Below are positions 63,820 through 64,000 of a DNA stretch of 64,000 nucleotides, piece by piece. This DNA comes from Squalus acanthias (lineage: Eukaryota). Positions within the stretch are counted from its first letter, which is position 1. Each line of letters starts with the position of its first letter. The stretch is taken from the NCBI GenBank assembly GCA_030390025.1, contig CM059425.1, positions 178,624,001 through 178,688,000 on the forward strand. The letters are read 5' to 3'. The position numbers were made by a program, and so were the translations under genes. The notes beneath the pieces are model-generated. The model was not told where the DNA came from and did not search any database. It saw only the letters and a list, made by a program, of their open reading frames with translations.

Positions 63820-64000
63820 TGTGTAGTCACCTCCAGTGAACCTCATGGGTCATTTCTCGGCACCACTGCTCTTTACTGTCTACATGCTGCCCGTGGCAAC
63901 ATTATTCAAATATACAGGGTCAACTTCTGCAAGTATGCTGATGACATCCAACTTATCTCACTGCCTCCTCCATTGACCCAATGATTGTTGCCACACTGCC
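63820..64000 (+). mobile_element. L2 RT fragment
   Basis: LLFTVYMLP...YADDIQL. Confidence 0.7.

Noticed and set aside
1..64000. Prokaryotic RT-based or defence system (retron, DGR, CRISPR-RT)
   Set aside because: All RTs are eukaryotic non-LTR types; spliceosomal introns and SINEs are present; no operon structure

Overview
Eukaryotic, repeat-dense, apparently intergenic or intronic DNA. The repeat landscape (a SacSINE1-like DeuSINE, abundant CR1/L2 LINEs, a Penelope-like terminal repeat) points to a cartilaginous fish; this is an inference. No host protein-coding gene, rRNA, tRNA or CRISPR array is supported. The window is dominated by PIF/Harbinger DNA transposons. One 5.5-kb element (17305-22813) has an intact 405-aa DDE transposase and a convergent three-exon Myb/SANT gene disrupted by an RTE LINE with a 28-bp TSD. 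A second, truncated Myb-bearing copy carries a near full-length CR1, and there are more than a dozen deletion derivatives and MITEs. Also present: a solo LTR, hAT fragments, a locally duplicated CR1, a 13-copy minisatellite inside a MITE, and a minimal hammerhead ribozyme in a Penelope-like fragment. I found no clearly new biological system. The best leads are transposon-level mechanisms. All coordinates were read by eye, and family names come from motif recognition, not database searches.
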